64,000 nucleotides of DNA, from NCBI RefSeq assembly GCF_009914755.1, contig NC_060943.1, one strand, 5' to 3'. The translations under genes and the position numbers were made by a program. Positions 62,013-64,000 of the stretch are shown here, piece by piece; position 1 is the first letter of the stretch, and every line of letters begins with the position of its first letter. The stretch is from the human T2T-CHM13v2.0 reference genome, Homo sapiens. The notes beneath the pieces were generated by a model. That model was not told where the DNA came from. It did no database searches and saw nothing but the letters and a program-made list of their open reading frames with translations.

Positions 62013-62647
62013 TAACCCGATCTTGTTGAGGAATGTGTGCTTATGCCCTTTTCCGCCTTCTCTCCATTAGCCCTGGCTGTTTCTGTCTGCCTGTAATTTT
62101 ATTAGCATTTCAGTCAGATCTGTCATTAGGTACCCATCTTCTTGGGTATACGTATCACTCTGCTAAGAAACAAAAGGAATACATGTCTCCTCCATGACTA
62201 GGCAGTGGGTGCCACAGGAGCCAATGTAGACCAATATAGTCATTCAGGCAGGAAGCTTATGTATGAGACGGTAGGTGATAGACCCCTAGATTCCTGTGGC
62301 TTCCTCAGGTCTTTTGTATATGAAGAATTTCATAGGTTTTCATTCTTTGGTCTACATGCAGAGAAGAGAGTTTCTTATTAGAGGACAGATTGGAGAAAAA
62401 AATAGGGCTTTTACTGTTTATTCCACGTATTTCTGTATTGTGTGAAAAGTAATTTAGCAATGAACACGTATTTTGTTAAAAAAAATTGTAGAATCGTTAG
62501 AAGTAAAAAGTAAAGTCATTTTCTCATTCTCAAAGTTACCTGCTATTAAGAGTTTAAATTGTACCTTCCAGAGCTTTCTGTATATGTGTCTACACATAAT
62601 AGATATAATGTGCTGGGCTGCTTTTTATACAGATGGAGCCATGCTGA

Positions 62648-63064
<417 letters not shown>

Positions 63065-63516
63065 ACTGTATAATAATTTGTTTAATCAGTCTCCTGTTAA
63101 AAGACATCATCTCAGTCTTTTGTTAATATAGATAATACTGCATTGGCTATCTATACATGTGTAGACACATGTATACACACACATACATGTGCATGCAAAT
63201 ACATCTATAGGATAGATACCTCAGAATGGAATAGGCAGATGGAAGGATAGGTACATTTTATATTTTAAACAATATTGCCAAAATGCTCTCCAGTATAGCA
63301 CCTCCATCAGCTGTATATTAGGGTAGTGGTAAAATGGTAATATGTTAGAATTGCAGCTGCCTTACAGTCATCCAGTCCACCTCTCCACAACATGGGTGAA
63401 TCTCATGGACGCGTTGAATAAAAGAAGCCAGAAATAAAAGAATGTATACTGTATATTTTATTTCTATAAAGTAGAAAACCAGAAAACCTACCCATGCTAT
63501 TAGAAATCAGGATAGT

Positions 63517-63999
<483 letters not shown>

Positions 64000-64000
64000 G

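Overview
Primate genomic DNA, recognised as the human ARHGAP35 (p190A RhoGAP / GRLF1) locus on the + strand. The window holds the 3' part of the upstream intron, a giant 3,869-nt exon (20353-24221: 188 nt of 5'UTR plus 1,227 codons), a 14.9-kb intron, a 145-nt exon (39133-39277: end of the polybasic region and start of the RhoGAP domain) and the first ~25 kb of the next intron. The promoter/first exon and the remaining GAP exons are outside the window. The rest is intron, dense in Alus (about 60 copies, many nested or inverted) with older L1M, L2, MIR, LTR and Tigger relics. Nearly all short ORFs in the supplied track are Alu or antisense artefacts. I cannot support a wholly new biological system here. 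The best observations are: (1) a back-splicing architecture in which short 5'UTR uORFs become the C-terminal tails of GAP-less circRNA-encoded proteins (1,289 aa for the two-exon circle, which I recall is published as circARHGAP35; 1,235 aa for a single-exon circle); (2) six upstream AUGs plus a 162-codon +1-frame ORF around the start codon; (3) a three-tier nest L1 > U13 snoRNA retrocopy > MER21 LTR; (4) a candidate in-frame 63-nt cassette exon overlapping a FOX:ETS motif; (5) small duplications and Alu tails that create G-quadruplex/GC-box motifs. Repeat boundaries and subfamilies were read by eye and are approximate.
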